Of a stretch of DNA of 64,000 nucleotides, positions 30,901 through 39,671 are shown piece after piece; the stretch's first letter is position 1, and every line of letters starts with the position of its first letter. A program made the translations under genes and the position numbers. The stretch is taken from contig OZ219917.1 in the NCBI GenBank assembly GCA_964291415.2, positions 32,001 to 96,000 of the forward strand, given 5' to 3'. The notes below the pieces were generated by a model. That model did no database searches, had not been told where the DNA came from, and was given only the letters and a program-made list of their open reading frames with translations. The stretch comes from Alphaproteobacteria bacterium. GTDB taxonomy: Bacteria > Pseudomonadota > Alphaproteobacteria > SP197.

Positions 30901-31052
30901 GTTTCGGCGAGTTCGCTCTTGCTCAGTTGAAACGGATGAACTGCCCGGGTCGACCGGACCTTCCGGGGCGGACTTTCGGCCCAGACCGCAACGTGACTTC
31001 TTTCGTCGCCCGGCAGCCAACCGCCGTGAAGCACACACATCTGCGCCGCCAT
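27963..31052 (-). CDS. SNF2/SWI2-family ATPase with long N-terminal region (DUF3670-type architecture)
   Basis: LADDMGLGKT, DEAQ, TGTPVEN, LRRLK, SLRAAGAGLTL and NPAVENQATDRAYRIGQ motifs; GGAGG RBS. Confidence 0.95.
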   Translation of the reverse strand: MAAQMCVLHGGWLPGDERSHVAVWAESPPRKVRSTRAVHPFQLSKSELAETINSPGSGLAEESPASPIWVVLPSGSTGPSPSLELQTAAGLDDAAPTHWRAWKIDAVKISSPMALSGLVDAIRTLPSVKIGSDLQYWARLAERLADAIRRHEYLPAIFPRPGPGGKSGRRRGTSGSGAAFEAGWELTDAAMDSLVDDFADAMPGICRSLWEKRPEAGNGSLPLRDAEGLIRHFVSVELHRHIWRTPVPMTARKRLRQVFPGESLLHGSGAGNGVSETLWQQWKRWRDMINRSADESDESICFRLEDAREGAPDSWRLEWLLASRKDPSFLVSLEDFWRSSRQSRSVRGVLLQLGQAARLYPRLWDGMESERPASIELDREEALQFLRNDAPILQGAGFRVIVPSWWTASGQRRLRLQIRARYQESGKSSAGTDSSGLLGMDAVVDWSPHVVIDGVPLTDDEWNRIVAAKEGLVHMRGEWMELSADEVAGLESYWQSGAEDRSMTFSDFMRAQADRGVEIACEGALDDAMAVLRESDALGVQQQPSGFEGTLRNYQRRGFSWLVFLEKLGLGACLADDMGLGKTIQVLAAIVQDGSSRPRAGPTLLVAPTSVLGNWLREAHRFAPTLKVVIHHGPDRPKTAGELTSAVDAVDLVIVSFGVARLDSHILRTVTWRRLVVDEAQNVKNPNAAVTKTLRSIRAERRIALTGTPVENRLLDLWSLFSVLNPGFLGTATEFRTQFERPIMRDGNRARLEELRELVRPFILRRLKTDKSIISDLPAKVEQNTFCNLTTEQATLYEAVLRDVESKLDESDGIERRGLMLATLMRLKQICNHPAQFLQDASAFTAKRSHKLARVCEMLDEINAEGESVLLFTQFTEIGRSLETLVRSMGERAVYYLHGGTPSALRDSMVEQFQEDDSEPAVFVLSLRAAGAGLTLTRANHVIHFDRWWNPAVENQATDRAYRIGQTRMVMVHKMVTMGTLEERIDTLIESKKKLVDDIIGADESWLSDMGNEAFRELISLDRGQAVVA

Positions 31053-31322
31053 TCAAACCTCCGAATGGAGACGCTCTGAGCGGTGCCTGCCCTGCAGCAT
31101 GCGGCACGGGGTGTCGCAGTTGAAGGAATCAGCGGCGCGACGGCCGGACTGGCGCAACGGCAGCCCCTCAAGCATGCCCGCAAAGGCACGTTCCGGGGCC
31201 GACGGCTGCTTGCGGCAGGCGCCACGGGTTCCGGCGCACGCTCGCTGTCCGGAACGGGCAGGCGTGACCATGTTCAGGGATGGAGTCCCGGGGACATTTC
31301 GTCGTTGCCGTGCCCCTTGGCC

Positions 31323-32210
31323 TCACGAGAGCACCATCTGGTTCTGCCGGCACGCCGCGTGAAGCGTGTTGACCAGCAGGCAGGCGATGGTCATCGGCCC
31401 GACACCCCCGGGGACCGGCGTGATGGCGCCTGCCACCTCGACCGCTTCGGTGAAACAGACGTCGCCCACGAGTCGTGTCTTGCCGTCTTCGCGGGCCAGG
31501 CGGTTGACGCCGACGTCGATGACCGTGGCGCCCGGCCTGATCCAGTCGCCGCGCACCATTTCGGGACGGCCGACCGCAGCCACCACGATATCGGCCCGGC
31601 GCACCACGTCCGGCAGGTCGCGGGTCCGCGAGTGGGCGATCGTCACCGTGCAGTGATCCTGCAGAAGCAGCTGCGCCATGGGCTTGCCGACGATGTTCGA
31701 GCGGCCGACGATCACCGCGTTGGCGCCTTTCAGGCCGTCAGCCCCGAGAGTCCGGCGCAACAGGATCTGGCAGCCCAGCGGCGTGCAGGGAACCATCGCC
31801 TCCTGGCCGGACGACAGGCGGCCGGTGTTGATGGCATGGAATCCGTCAACGTCTTTCAGAGGGTCGATGGCGTCGATGACCTGGTGTTCGTCGACCTGAT
31901 CGGGCAACGGCAACTGGACCAGGATCCCGTTGACCTCGTCCGACGCATTGAGTTCGGCGACCTTTGCGAGCACCTCTTCGGCCGTCGAGGATGCCGGCAT
32001 GCGGAACTCGAAACTCTCCATGCCGGCTTCGCGGGTCGCCTTGCCCTTGCTGCGGACATAGACATCACTGGCCGGATCCTCGCCGACGAGGACAACGGCA
32101 AGTCCGGGTTTCACTCCCGTCGCGGCCGTGAGCCGCGCCACCCGGGCCGCCACGTCCTGGCGCACCTCGAGCGCGACCGCCTTGCCGTCAATGATCGTTG
32201 CCTCACCCAT
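31323..32210 (-). CDS. folD: Methylenetetrahydrofolate dehydrogenase/cyclohydrolase
   Basis: [26 protein letters not shown] and [10 protein letters not shown] motifs. Confidence 0.97.
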   Translation of the reverse strand: MGEATIIDGKAVALEVRQDVAARVARLTAATGVKPGLAVVLVGEDPASDVYVRSKGKATREAGMESFEFRMPASSTAEEVLAKVAELNASDEVNGILVQLPLPDQVDEHQVIDAIDPLKDVDGFHAINTGRLSSGQEAMVPCTPLGCQILLRRTLGADGLKGANAVIVGRSNIVGKPMAQLLLQDHCTVTIAHSRTRDLPDVVRRADIVVAAVGRPEMVRGDWIRPGATVIDVGVNRLAREDGKTRLVGDVCFTEAVEVAGAITPVPGGVGPMTIACLLVNTLHAACRQNQMVLS

Positions 32211-32293
32211 GGTCAGCGCTCCGGCTTCCTGTCTTCCACGCCGCACCCATAGTGAACCGCGCGCCGCGCCGTCAAGGACGGATCGCCGCCGGT

Positions 32294-32593
32294 CTAGTGG
32301 ATCGAGACCGCCATCTCGGCCAGAAGGCGGCGGGCGAAGGCGACCAGGACGAGGGCGATCAGCGGTGAGAGATCGATGCCGCCAAGATCGCCGAACAGGC
32401 GGCGCAGGACCTGGCGTATGGGAGCCAGCACCGGCTCGGTGACCTGCCACAGGAAGCGGCCGATCTGGCCGACGAACGGCTGGCGCGTGTTGACGACGTT
32501 GAAGGCAGCGAGCCAGCTCAGGATGACGTGCAGGATGAGAATCCAGAAGTAGATGCTGAGAAGGGAATCGGCAAGCCAGAAGATGGACTGCAT
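32294..32593 (-). CDS. yggT: YggT-family membrane protein
   Basis: [19 protein letters not shown] and GGIDLSP motifs. Confidence 0.9.
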   Translation of the reverse strand: MQSIFWLADSLLSIYFWILILHVILSWLAAFNVVNTRQPFVGQIGRFLWQVTEPVLAPIRQVLRRLFGDLGGIDLSPLIALVLVAFARRLLAEMAVSIH

Positions 32594-32612
32594 GGAACCG
32601 GCCTCTCCCTTG

Positions 32613-34040
32613 TCATCCGAAACGGGCGAGAAAATCCGCCAGGCGCTTCATGCCCTTGCCGAAGACGCGCGGGGTGTAGAAGGAACCCGCTGCCCGCTTG
32701 CTGATTTCGCCCAGCGTCGGGTAGGGCGCGATCATCCCCGCCACGGCGCCGATCTTCAAGCCCGATCCGATCGCCAGCACCCAGGGAGCGATCAGTTCCC
32801 CTGCCTGCGCGGCGGCGATGGTGGTTCCCAGGATCCGGCCACGCGGCGTGGTCACCACCTTGATGAGGCCCTTGGTCCTGCGCTCGGCGATGGCGCGGTC
32901 ATTCTCGGCACAGGGGAACCTCAGGACGGTGACCGTCCCGTGCCGCTCGCGTGCCGCCTCTTCCGTCAGGCCGACATGGGCCAGTTCCGGATCCGTGTAG
33001 GTGACCCACGGGAAGGCGTCGAGATTCACCTTCGCCGGAAGGCGCAGCAGGGCATTCCTGATGACGATGCCTGCGTGATAGCTGGCCAGATGGGTGAACT
33101 GGAACCCTCCCGCACAGTCACCGATGGCAAAGACCCGCCGGTTGGTGGTGCGCAATCGGCGGTCCACCCGGATGCCGCTGCGATCATGCGCGATACCGGC
33201 TGCATCGAGGCCGAGATCGGCGATGTTGGGGCGGCGTCCGGCCGCCACCAGGAGATGGGTGCCTTCGAAGACGAGGACCTCGTCGTTCCTCTCGCAGGAA
33301 ACGGTGATTCGTCCTGCCTCTCCCGACACCTCACGGATGGCGACATGCTCGACGATCTCGATGCCGTCGTCCGCCATGCTCTCCTTCACGACAGCGGTGA
33401 GTTCGGGATCGTCATGGGGCAGCAGTGGACCCATGTCGAGAACCGTCACCCGGCTGCCCAGGCGGCGATGGGCCTGGGCCATCTCGGAGCCGATCGGGCC
33501 ACCGCCGATGATGATCAGGTGCTGCGGCAGCTCCTGATTGTCGAACAGTGTCTCGTTGGTGAACACGGGCACGGAATCGAGACCCGGGATGGGAGGAATG
33601 ACCGCCCTCGATCCCGTGGCGATGACGAAACGGCGGGCGTGGATCGTCCGCCCTGCCACCTCCACGGACCTGCGGGAGACAAACCGGGCGTGATCGGTGA
33701 TGACATCGACGCCGAAACTCTGGTAGCGCTCGACCGAATCGTTGGGTTCGATGGTGGCGATGACGTCGCGCACGTGCCGGTTGACCGCCGCGAAGTCGAT
33801 CTCGGGCTCGACCGGCGTGATCCCGAAGGGCCGGGTGTGGCGCATCGCGTGGGCGGTCTTGCCGGCGGCAAGCAGGGCCTTCGACGGCACGCAACCGAAG
33901 TTGAGGCAGTCGCCGCCCATCCGTTCGCCCTCGATGAGCACCGTTCTGCGGCCCATGTGGGATGCGGCGTAGGCGGTAACGAGTCCTCCCGATCCGGCCC
34001 CGATGACACAGATGTCGACGCTGTCGCCGCCCGTCGTCAT
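32613..34040 (-). CDS. FAD-dependent pyridine nucleotide-disulfide oxidoreductase (MerA/LpdA-like)
   Basis: GAGSGG, GGDCLNFGCVPSK, GGGPIG and YPTLGE motifs; no C-terminal CC pair. Confidence 0.9.
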   Translation of the reverse strand: MTTGGDSVDICVIGAGSGGLVTAYAASHMGRRTVLIEGERMGGDCLNFGCVPSKALLAAGKTAHAMRHTRPFGITPVEPEIDFAAVNRHVRDVIATIEPNDSVERYQSFGVDVITDHARFVSRRSVEVAGRTIHARRFVIATGSRAVIPPIPGLDSVPVFTNETLFDNQELPQHLIIIGGGPIGSEMAQAHRRLGSRVTVLDMGPLLPHDDPELTAVVKESMADDGIEIVEHVAIREVSGEAGRITVSCERNDEVLVFEGTHLLVAAGRRPNIADLGLDAAGIAHDRSGIRVDRRLRTTNRRVFAIGDCAGGFQFTHLASYHAGIVIRNALLRLPAKVNLDAFPWVTYTDPELAHVGLTEEAARERHGTVTVLRFPCAENDRAIAERRTKGLIKVVTTPRGRILGTTIAAAQAGELIAPWVLAIGSGLKIGAVAGMIAPYPTLGEISKRAAGSFYTPRVFGKGMKRLADFLARFG

Positions 34041-34765
34041 CCGGAATCCTGTCGCCGGGCCCTGATTTTCCTGACCACCACGGGCGCCAGGGCGATCACG
34101 GCCAGACCGGCCAGGCCGACGACGATCTCGGTCGATACGGCGTTCTCCAGGGAGAACTCGGCCCCGGTCTCGAACACCTCGCCCAGTCCGTCACCGATCA
34201 CGTTGTAGACCGCGGTGCCGGGAATGATGCCGATGAAGGTCGTCAGCACGTACATGCCGGTCTTCACCCCGAGAAAGGCCGGCAGGAGATTGACCACCCA
34301 GAACGGGAAGACGGGCAGCAGCCTGAGAAAGAGGAGGTAGTTGAACTCGCCGTCGCGAAATCCCTCCTCCATGCGGCCGGCATACGGCTTGACGCGTTCC
34401 CACAGGGCCTCGCCGATGGATGTGCGGGCCACGAGAAACACCACCGTCGCACCCGCCGTCGCGCCGACAACGGTGACGACGGTCCCGAGGAGCCAGCCGA
34501 AGAGAAAGCCGCCGAGCAGGGTGACCAGGGAGGCGGCGGGAAACGAGATGCCTGTCAGGAATGCGTAGGCGAGGACATAGACCACCACCGCCAGCGCCAG
34601 GTTGCCCTCTACCAATGCGCTCAGTTCGGCGTGATGCGCCTTCAGGGTCTCGAAGCTGATCTGCTTGTGAAGGCCGCTGGCGAAGAGTGCAATCAGCAGT
34701 GCTGCCACCACCAGAACCGGGAGCAGCCGCTTGAGCCGCCGCACAGTCGTTGATTGCTGGACCAT
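34037..34765 (-). CDS. TVP38/TMEM64 (DedA-superfamily) membrane protein
   Basis: TLLGGFLFG, YLLFLRLLPVFPFWVVNL and TFIGIIPGT motifs; start uncertain (34765-34795). Confidence 0.9.
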   Translation of the reverse strand: MVQQSTTVRRLKRLLPVLVVAALLIALFASGLHKQISFETLKAHHAELSALVEGNLALAVVVYVLAYAFLTGISFPAASLVTLLGGFLFGWLLGTVVTVVGATAGATVVFLVARTSIGEALWERVKPYAGRMEEGFRDGEFNYLLFLRLLPVFPFWVVNLLPAFLGVKTGMYVLTTFIGIIPGTAVYNVIGDGLGEVFETGAEFSLENAVSTEIVVGLAGLAVIALAPVVVRKIRARRQDSG

Positions 34766-34835
34766 CACGCGCCACCCCGCCTCAGCCATCGGCACGACAC
34801 ACTAGCGGCATGACAGGTCGGAGGAAACGTCGTCG

Positions 34836-34864
34836 TTGACTTCGAGAGACCCCTCTCCTATACA
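34836..34864 (+). promoter_or_regulatory. Sigma-70 promoter of the rpmH operon
   Basis: TTGACT-N17-TATACA. Confidence 0.65.
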
Positions 34865-34917
34865 GCACCGCCGCTCGCATCCCCTCCGGTGCGCGGCCGA
34901 TGTCTGGAGTCCCGACG

Positions 34918-35052
34918 GTGAAACGCACATTCCAGCCCAGCCGCATTGTACGCAAACGACGTCATGGCTTTCGTGCGCGCATGAAGTCCGTTGGCGGACG
35001 CGCCGTACTCGCGCGCCGGCGTGCGAAAGGCCGCAAGCGCCTGTCAGCCTGA
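34918..35052 (+). CDS. rpmH: 50S ribosomal protein L34 (too short for the ORF track)
   Basis: GTG start; [44 protein letters not shown]. Confidence 0.98.
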   Translation: MKRTFQPSRIVRKRRHGFRARMKSVGGRAVLARRRAKGRKRLSA

Positions 35053-35056
35053 CTTC

Positions 35057-35407
35057 ATGTCTGTCGATGTCGTGCGCCTCAGACGGAGAAGCGACTATCT
35101 TCGCGTGGCGGCGACGCGACTGAAGGCGGTCACTCCGGGACTCATCGTCCAGGCAGCGCCCCGAAATGACGATGCAATCGGTGTCGGAATCACGGCGAGC
35201 CGCCGGGTCGGCAATGCCGTCCGGCGCAACCGGGCGCGGCGCCGGCTGAACGCCCTTGCCACGCCGGTTCTCTCCCGGTCCGGGCGCAGGGCGACCGACT
35301 ATGTCCTGATTGCCCGGCCCGAGACCGTCCATCGTCCCTTCGCCCGTCTCGTTGGCGACCTCGAGAAGGCGCTCGCCCGCCTCGGACACGCAGCGCCACG
35401 GTCATGA
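35057..35407 (+). CDS. rnpA: Ribonuclease P protein component
   Basis: GITASRRVGNAVRRNRARRRL (RNR motif) and DYVLIAR. Confidence 0.95.
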   Translation: MSVDVVRLRRRSDYLRVAATRLKAVTPGLIVQAAPRNDDAIGVGITASRRVGNAVRRNRARRRLNALATPVLSRSGRRATDYVLIARPETVHRPFARLVGDLEKALARLGHAAPRS

Positions 35408-35643
35408 GACACGTCGCTTCATCCGTGCTTCAGGCCTTCATCCTGATCTACCGGTACGGCATATCGCCCTGGACGCCGGCGTCGTGCCGCTATCTGCCGA
35501 CCTGTTCGGCCTATGCCAGCGAAGCGATCCGCCGGCACGGCCCGTTGAAGGGCACCTGGCTGGCGCTCCGCCGCATCGCCCGGTGCCACCCCCTTGCCGG
35601 CAGCGGCTACGATCCGGTTCCCGAGAGAGCGAACGAGCGGTGA
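35404..35643 (+). CDS. yidD: Membrane protein insertion efficiency factor
   Basis: CRYLPTCSAYA and RIARCHP...GYDPVP motifs. Confidence 0.95.
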   Translation: MRHVASSVLQAFILIYRYGISPWTPASCRYLPTCSAYASEAIRRHGPLKGTWLALRRIARCHPLAGSGYDPVPERANER

Positions 35644-37388
35644 TGGCCCCGGAACAGAGGAACGTGTGGCTGGCCACGGCAATCATCCTCCTGATGTTCA
35701 TTGCCTGGCAGTTCTTCTACGAACTCCCGAGAATCGAGCGGGAACAGGAAGCTCTGGAGCGCCAGCAGGAGCTCGCCGCCACCGATGACGATTCCACCCT
35801 GCCCCAGGTCTCCACGTCCTCGATCGGCGAAGAGGAGCCCGTCGTCCGGGAGTTCACCCGCGCGGAGGCTCTCGCGGAGTCGCCACGCATTGCCATCCGG
35901 ACGCCGAGTCTGAGCGGCTCCATCGCCCTCGTTGGCGGGCGCATCGACGATCTCACGCTCCTCAATTACCGCACGCATATCGGGCCGGACTCGCCGGACG
36001 TCATCCTGCTGTCGCCGGTGGGGGGGCCGTCCTCCTACTTCACCGAGTTCGGCTGGCTCGACGGGGGCTCCGGCGCGACCCTGCCTGATTCGGCCACCAG
36101 GTGGCAGGCCGGCGACGTCGCGCTGACACCCGAGACACCCGTCACCCTCTCCTGGGACAATGGCGAGGGCCTCCTCTTCGAACGAACCTTCGCGATCGAC
36201 GAACAATCCATGTTCACGGTGACCCAGAGTGTCACCAACCAGGGCGGGACCACTGTCTCCCTTCTCCCCTACGGCCGGATCAAGCGATACGGGACACCGC
36301 CGACGCTGGGATTCTACATCCTGCACGAGGGACTGATCGGAGTCCTCAACGAGACCCTCGAGGAAGTCGACTACGACGATGTGTCAGACCCTGATGATTC
36401 ACCGGAAATCTCCTACGACAGCCCGAACGGATGGCTCGGCATCACCGACAAGTACTGGCTCGTGGCGCTGATACCCGACCAGAGCGATCCGTTCCGCGGC
36501 CGCTTCCTCCATCACCTCCAGGGTGGAACGACGGACACCTACCAGGCGGACTTCTATCGCAGCCCGCTCGACGTGGCGCCGGGCGCGACGGTCACCGCCG
36601 AGGATCGCCTGTTTGCAGGCGCCAAGGTCGTGACCGAACTCGACGACTATGCCGAGGCCTTCAACATTCCCCTCTTTGACCGGGCGGTGGACTTCGGCTG
36701 GTTCTACTTCCTCACGAAGCCCATTTTCTTCGTCCTGCTGTGGCTCAAGGACACGATCGGTAACTTCGGTCTCGCCATCCTGGCGCTCACCGTCATCATC
36801 AAGATCATCTTCTTCCCCCTGGCCAACAAGTCCTACAGGTCGATGAGCAAGATGCGCAAGCTGGCGCCGAAGATGAAGGAGCTGCGCGAGCGTTTCGGTG
36901 ACGACAAGCAGAAGATGCAGCAGGAGCTGATGGCCCTCTACCGCCAGGAGAAGGTCAACCCGGCTTCGGGCTGCCTGCCGATCCTGGTGCAGATTCCGGT
37001 CTTCTTCGCTCTCTACAAGGTGCTGTTCGTCACCATCGAGATGCGGCACGCACCGTTCTACGGCTGGATCAAGGATCTCTCCGAGCCCGATCCGGTCGTG
37101 ATCTGGAATATCTTCGGACTGCTTCCCTTCGATCCCGCGGTCTACCTGCCGCCCTTCCTGATGATCGGCGCCTGGCCGGTCCTGATGTCCTCGACCATGT
37201 GGCTGCAGCAGAGGATCAGTCCGCAGCCGCCGGATCCCACCCAGGCAAAGATCTTCATGTTCCTGCCGCTCATTTTCCTGTTCATCTTCGCCACCTTCCC
37301 GGCCGGGCTGGTGATCTACTGGACGTGGAACAATCTGCTCTCCATCGCCCAGCAGTGGTTCATCATGAAACGGGAGGGCGTCGACTAG
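35643..37388 (+). CDS. yidC: Membrane protein insertase
   Basis: DFGWFYF, NPASGCLPILVQIPVFFALY and GLVIYWTWNN motifs. Confidence 0.97.
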   Translation: MAPEQRNVWLATAIILLMFIAWQFFYELPRIEREQEALERQQELAATDDDSTLPQVSTSSIGEEEPVVREFTRAEALAESPRIAIRTPSLSGSIALVGGRIDDLTLLNYRTHIGPDSPDVILLSPVGGPSSYFTEFGWLDGGSGATLPDSATRWQAGDVALTPETPVTLSWDNGEGLLFERTFAIDEQSMFTVTQSVTNQGGTTVSLLPYGRIKRYGTPPTLGFYILHEGLIGVLNETLEEVDYDDVSDPDDSPEISYDSPNGWLGITDKYWLVALIPDQSDPFRGRFLHHLQGGTTDTYQADFYRSPLDVAPGATVTAEDRLFAGAKVVTELDDYAEAFNIPLFDRAVDFGWFYFLTKPIFFVLLWLKDTIGNFGLAILALTVIIKIIFFPLANKSYRSMSKMRKLAPKMKELRERFGDDKQKMQQELMALYRQEKVNPASGCLPILVQIPVFFALYKVLFVTIEMRHAPFYGWIKDLSEPDPVVIWNIFGLLPFDPAVYLPPFLMIGAWPVLMSSTMWLQQRISPQPPDPTQAKIFMFLPLIFLFIFATFPAGLVIYWTWNNLLSIAQQWFIMKREGVD

Positions 37389-37415
37389 GCCCCGTTGCCG
37401 TCATCTGGAGAAGCG

Positions 37416-38825
37416 ATGTCGGATGATCTCGTTTACCTGAGCGCGGCGGCCCTGGTCGCGGGCTACCGCGCCAGGCGCTTCACGCCTCTGGACGTTCTCG
37501 ACGCCACGCTCGCCCGAATCGAGGCGCTGGAACCTCTCCTCAATGCCTGGCAGATGGTGGATGCCCGGGCCGCCAGGCGCGACGCCCGGGCCTCGGCAAG
37601 GCGATGGGCGGCAGGCGAACCCGCAGGTCTCCTCGACGGCGTCCCGGTGGCCATCAAGGACGTCACCGAAACCAGGGGCTGGCCGACGCTCAACGGCTCC
37701 CTTGCCATATCACCCGACGGGCCGTGGCCCGATGATGCGATCGTGGTGGAACGCCTGCGGGCGCACGGGGCCGTCCTTGTCGGCAAGACCACGACGCCCG
37801 AGTTCGCCTGGAAGGGGACCACGGACAGCAGGCTTCACGGCATTACCCGCAATCCCTGGAACCCGGACTGGACCCCGTGCGGTTCGAGCGGTGGCTCGGC
37901 GGCCGCCGTCGCGACCGGCATGGCCGCCATTGCCACGGGAACCGACTCCGGAGGGTCCATCCGCGGACCGGCCAGTTTCTGCGGCGTGGTCGGGCTCAAG
38001 CCGAGTTTCGGCAGGGTTCCGGTCTGGCCGGCAAGCCCGATGATGACCCTGGAACACGTCGGCCCCATCACCCGCACGGTCAACGACGCGGCCCTGGCGC
38101 TGACGGTGATGGCGGGTCACGATCCGCGCGACGGTTATGCCCTCACCGGTCCGGCGCCCGACGTCCTTTCCGGACTGGAGCGCGGCGTCAGGGACATGCG
38201 CATCGCCTGGTCGGCGGATCTCGGCTTTGCCACCGTCGATCCCGTGGTCAGGCGCGTTGCCGGACGGGCCGCCCGCGAGGTGTTCACCGCACTCGGAGCC
38301 CGGGTTACCCGTATCAGAGCCGATATCGGCGATCCTTCACGGATGGCCGATGTCCTTTCCGATTCCCTTGCCGCCGCCCTGACGAGACGCCTGGCTCCCC
38401 GGGTGCCCGACGAACCCGTGCTCCTTGCCGCGGCGGAACGCGGCAATCGCCTCACCGCCCTCGACCTCCTCGAGGCCGAGGCCGCCCGCCGCGATCTCAC
38501 CTGCCGTCTCGAGGCTCTCCTGAGCCGCCACGATCTCCTCGTCCTGCCTACCCTGGGGACGACACCCTTCGCCGCCGAACGCTCGGCGCCAGACGGGTGG
38601 GAGCGGTCCCGGCGCCAGAGCGGCGCCGGATGGATGGCGACCACGTTTCCCTTCGACCTCACCGGACAGCCCGCCATCTCCCTGCCCTGCGGTGTCACGA
38701 AAGGCGGTGCTCCGGTGGGCCTGCAGATCGTCGGGCCACGCGGCGGGGATGCCCTGGTGCTGCGTGCCGCGAGGGCCTTCGAAGGGGCCTCGCCCTTCAC
38801 CGGCAGGCGGCCGCCCGCAGGGTGA
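37416..38825 (+). CDS. Amidase-signature family protein
   Basis: GVPVAIKD, GSSGGSAA and GTDSGGSIRGPA (Ser-cisSer-Lys triad). Confidence 0.93.
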   Translation: MSDDLVYLSAAALVAGYRARRFTPLDVLDATLARIEALEPLLNAWQMVDARAARRDARASARRWAAGEPAGLLDGVPVAIKDVTETRGWPTLNGSLAISPDGPWPDDAIVVERLRAHGAVLVGKTTTPEFAWKGTTDSRLHGITRNPWNPDWTPCGSSGGSAAAVATGMAAIATGTDSGGSIRGPASFCGVVGLKPSFGRVPVWPASPMMTLEHVGPITRTVNDAALALTVMAGHDPRDGYALTGPAPDVLSGLERGVRDMRIAWSADLGFATVDPVVRRVAGRAAREVFTALGARVTRIRADIGDPSRMADVLSDSLAAALTRRLAPRVPDEPVLLAAAERGNRLTALDLLEAEAARRDLTCRLEALLSRHDLLVLPTLGTTPFAAERSAPDGWERSRRQSGAGWMATTFPFDLTGQPAISLPCGVTKGGAPVGLQIVGPRGGDALVLRAARAFEGASPFTGRRPPAG

Positions 38826-38878
38826 TCCGGATCGGCTGAAGTTCCCGCAACGCAGCGTCAGGCACCTTCGTCCTGGCG

Positions 38879-39403
38879 TTACATTCCTTCGATCACGCCG
38901 CACGCAATGCGGCCGCCGGCGCCGCCGATGGGCTGCGTCATGTGGTCGTCCGGATTGTCGTGGATGATGACGGCCGAGCCGTCCTCATCGAGCAGTGCCG
39001 GCAGGTCCGCGCCATTGAGCGACACGCGCGTGGTGAAGAACTCGGCCCGTGCGGAACCGTCCGCCGCCGCATAGAGATTGGGCAGATCGCCATTGTCGCC
39101 GCCTCCAGGATTGAGCAGGCCGTGCGCGACACCCTCAGGATTGATGTGGCCTCCGGAAGCCTTGAAGTCGGGGGAACAGGAACCGACGGCATGGAGATGG
39201 ATGCCGTGACCGCCAGGCGGAAGCCCCGTGACGTCAACCGACACCAGCACGCCGGCCGGCGCCTGCTGGAACGTCACCTTGCCGATCTCGACCCCGTCGG
39301 TATCGGTGATCCGGGCGGCGGCCATGTCGGCCGCCGAAGCGCCAGGGATCATGGTCAGGAAGGCAAGGGCGCCGATCGCCCGGTGAAACAGTCGTGAGTT
39401 CAT
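38879..39403 (-). CDS. sodC: Periplasmic Cu/Zn superoxide dismutase family protein
   Basis: Signal peptide; HGIHLH, GGHINP, GDLPN, IIHDNPDD and GGRIACG motifs. Confidence 0.9.
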   Translation of the reverse strand: MNSRLFHRAIGALAFLTMIPGASAADMAAARITDTDGVEIGKVTFQQAPAGVLVSVDVTGLPPGGHGIHLHAVGSCSPDFKASGGHINPEGVAHGLLNPGGGDNGDLPNLYAAADGSARAEFFTTRVSLNGADLPALLDEDGSAVIIHDNPDDHMTQPIGGAGGRIACGVIEGM

Positions 39404-39671
39404 GATCCAGGTCCTCCCGAAGATGCCCAATCCATCCGGTTATGCCCCCTCTGCGACCGTCCAACAAGGGCCGTTCGTTGGGGAAAAGGACGTGCCACGA
39501 ATGCAGGTTGGAAGCCCGGTTCCCTGACGCCGGATTCCGCGCAACGGCATCGCCGTCGCCTGCGGGACAAAACTGCCCCTGCGAACAGGCGTTCCACCGC
39601 CGCGACCCGGATGCCGCGGTGGGACGCCATTCGATCATGGACGGGTCCCGGCAGAATCTGCCGGAGCGTCC

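Noticed and set aside
32613-34040. Mercuric reductase merA
   Set aside because: No C-terminal Cys-Cys pair, no NmerA domain and no mer operon genes nearby
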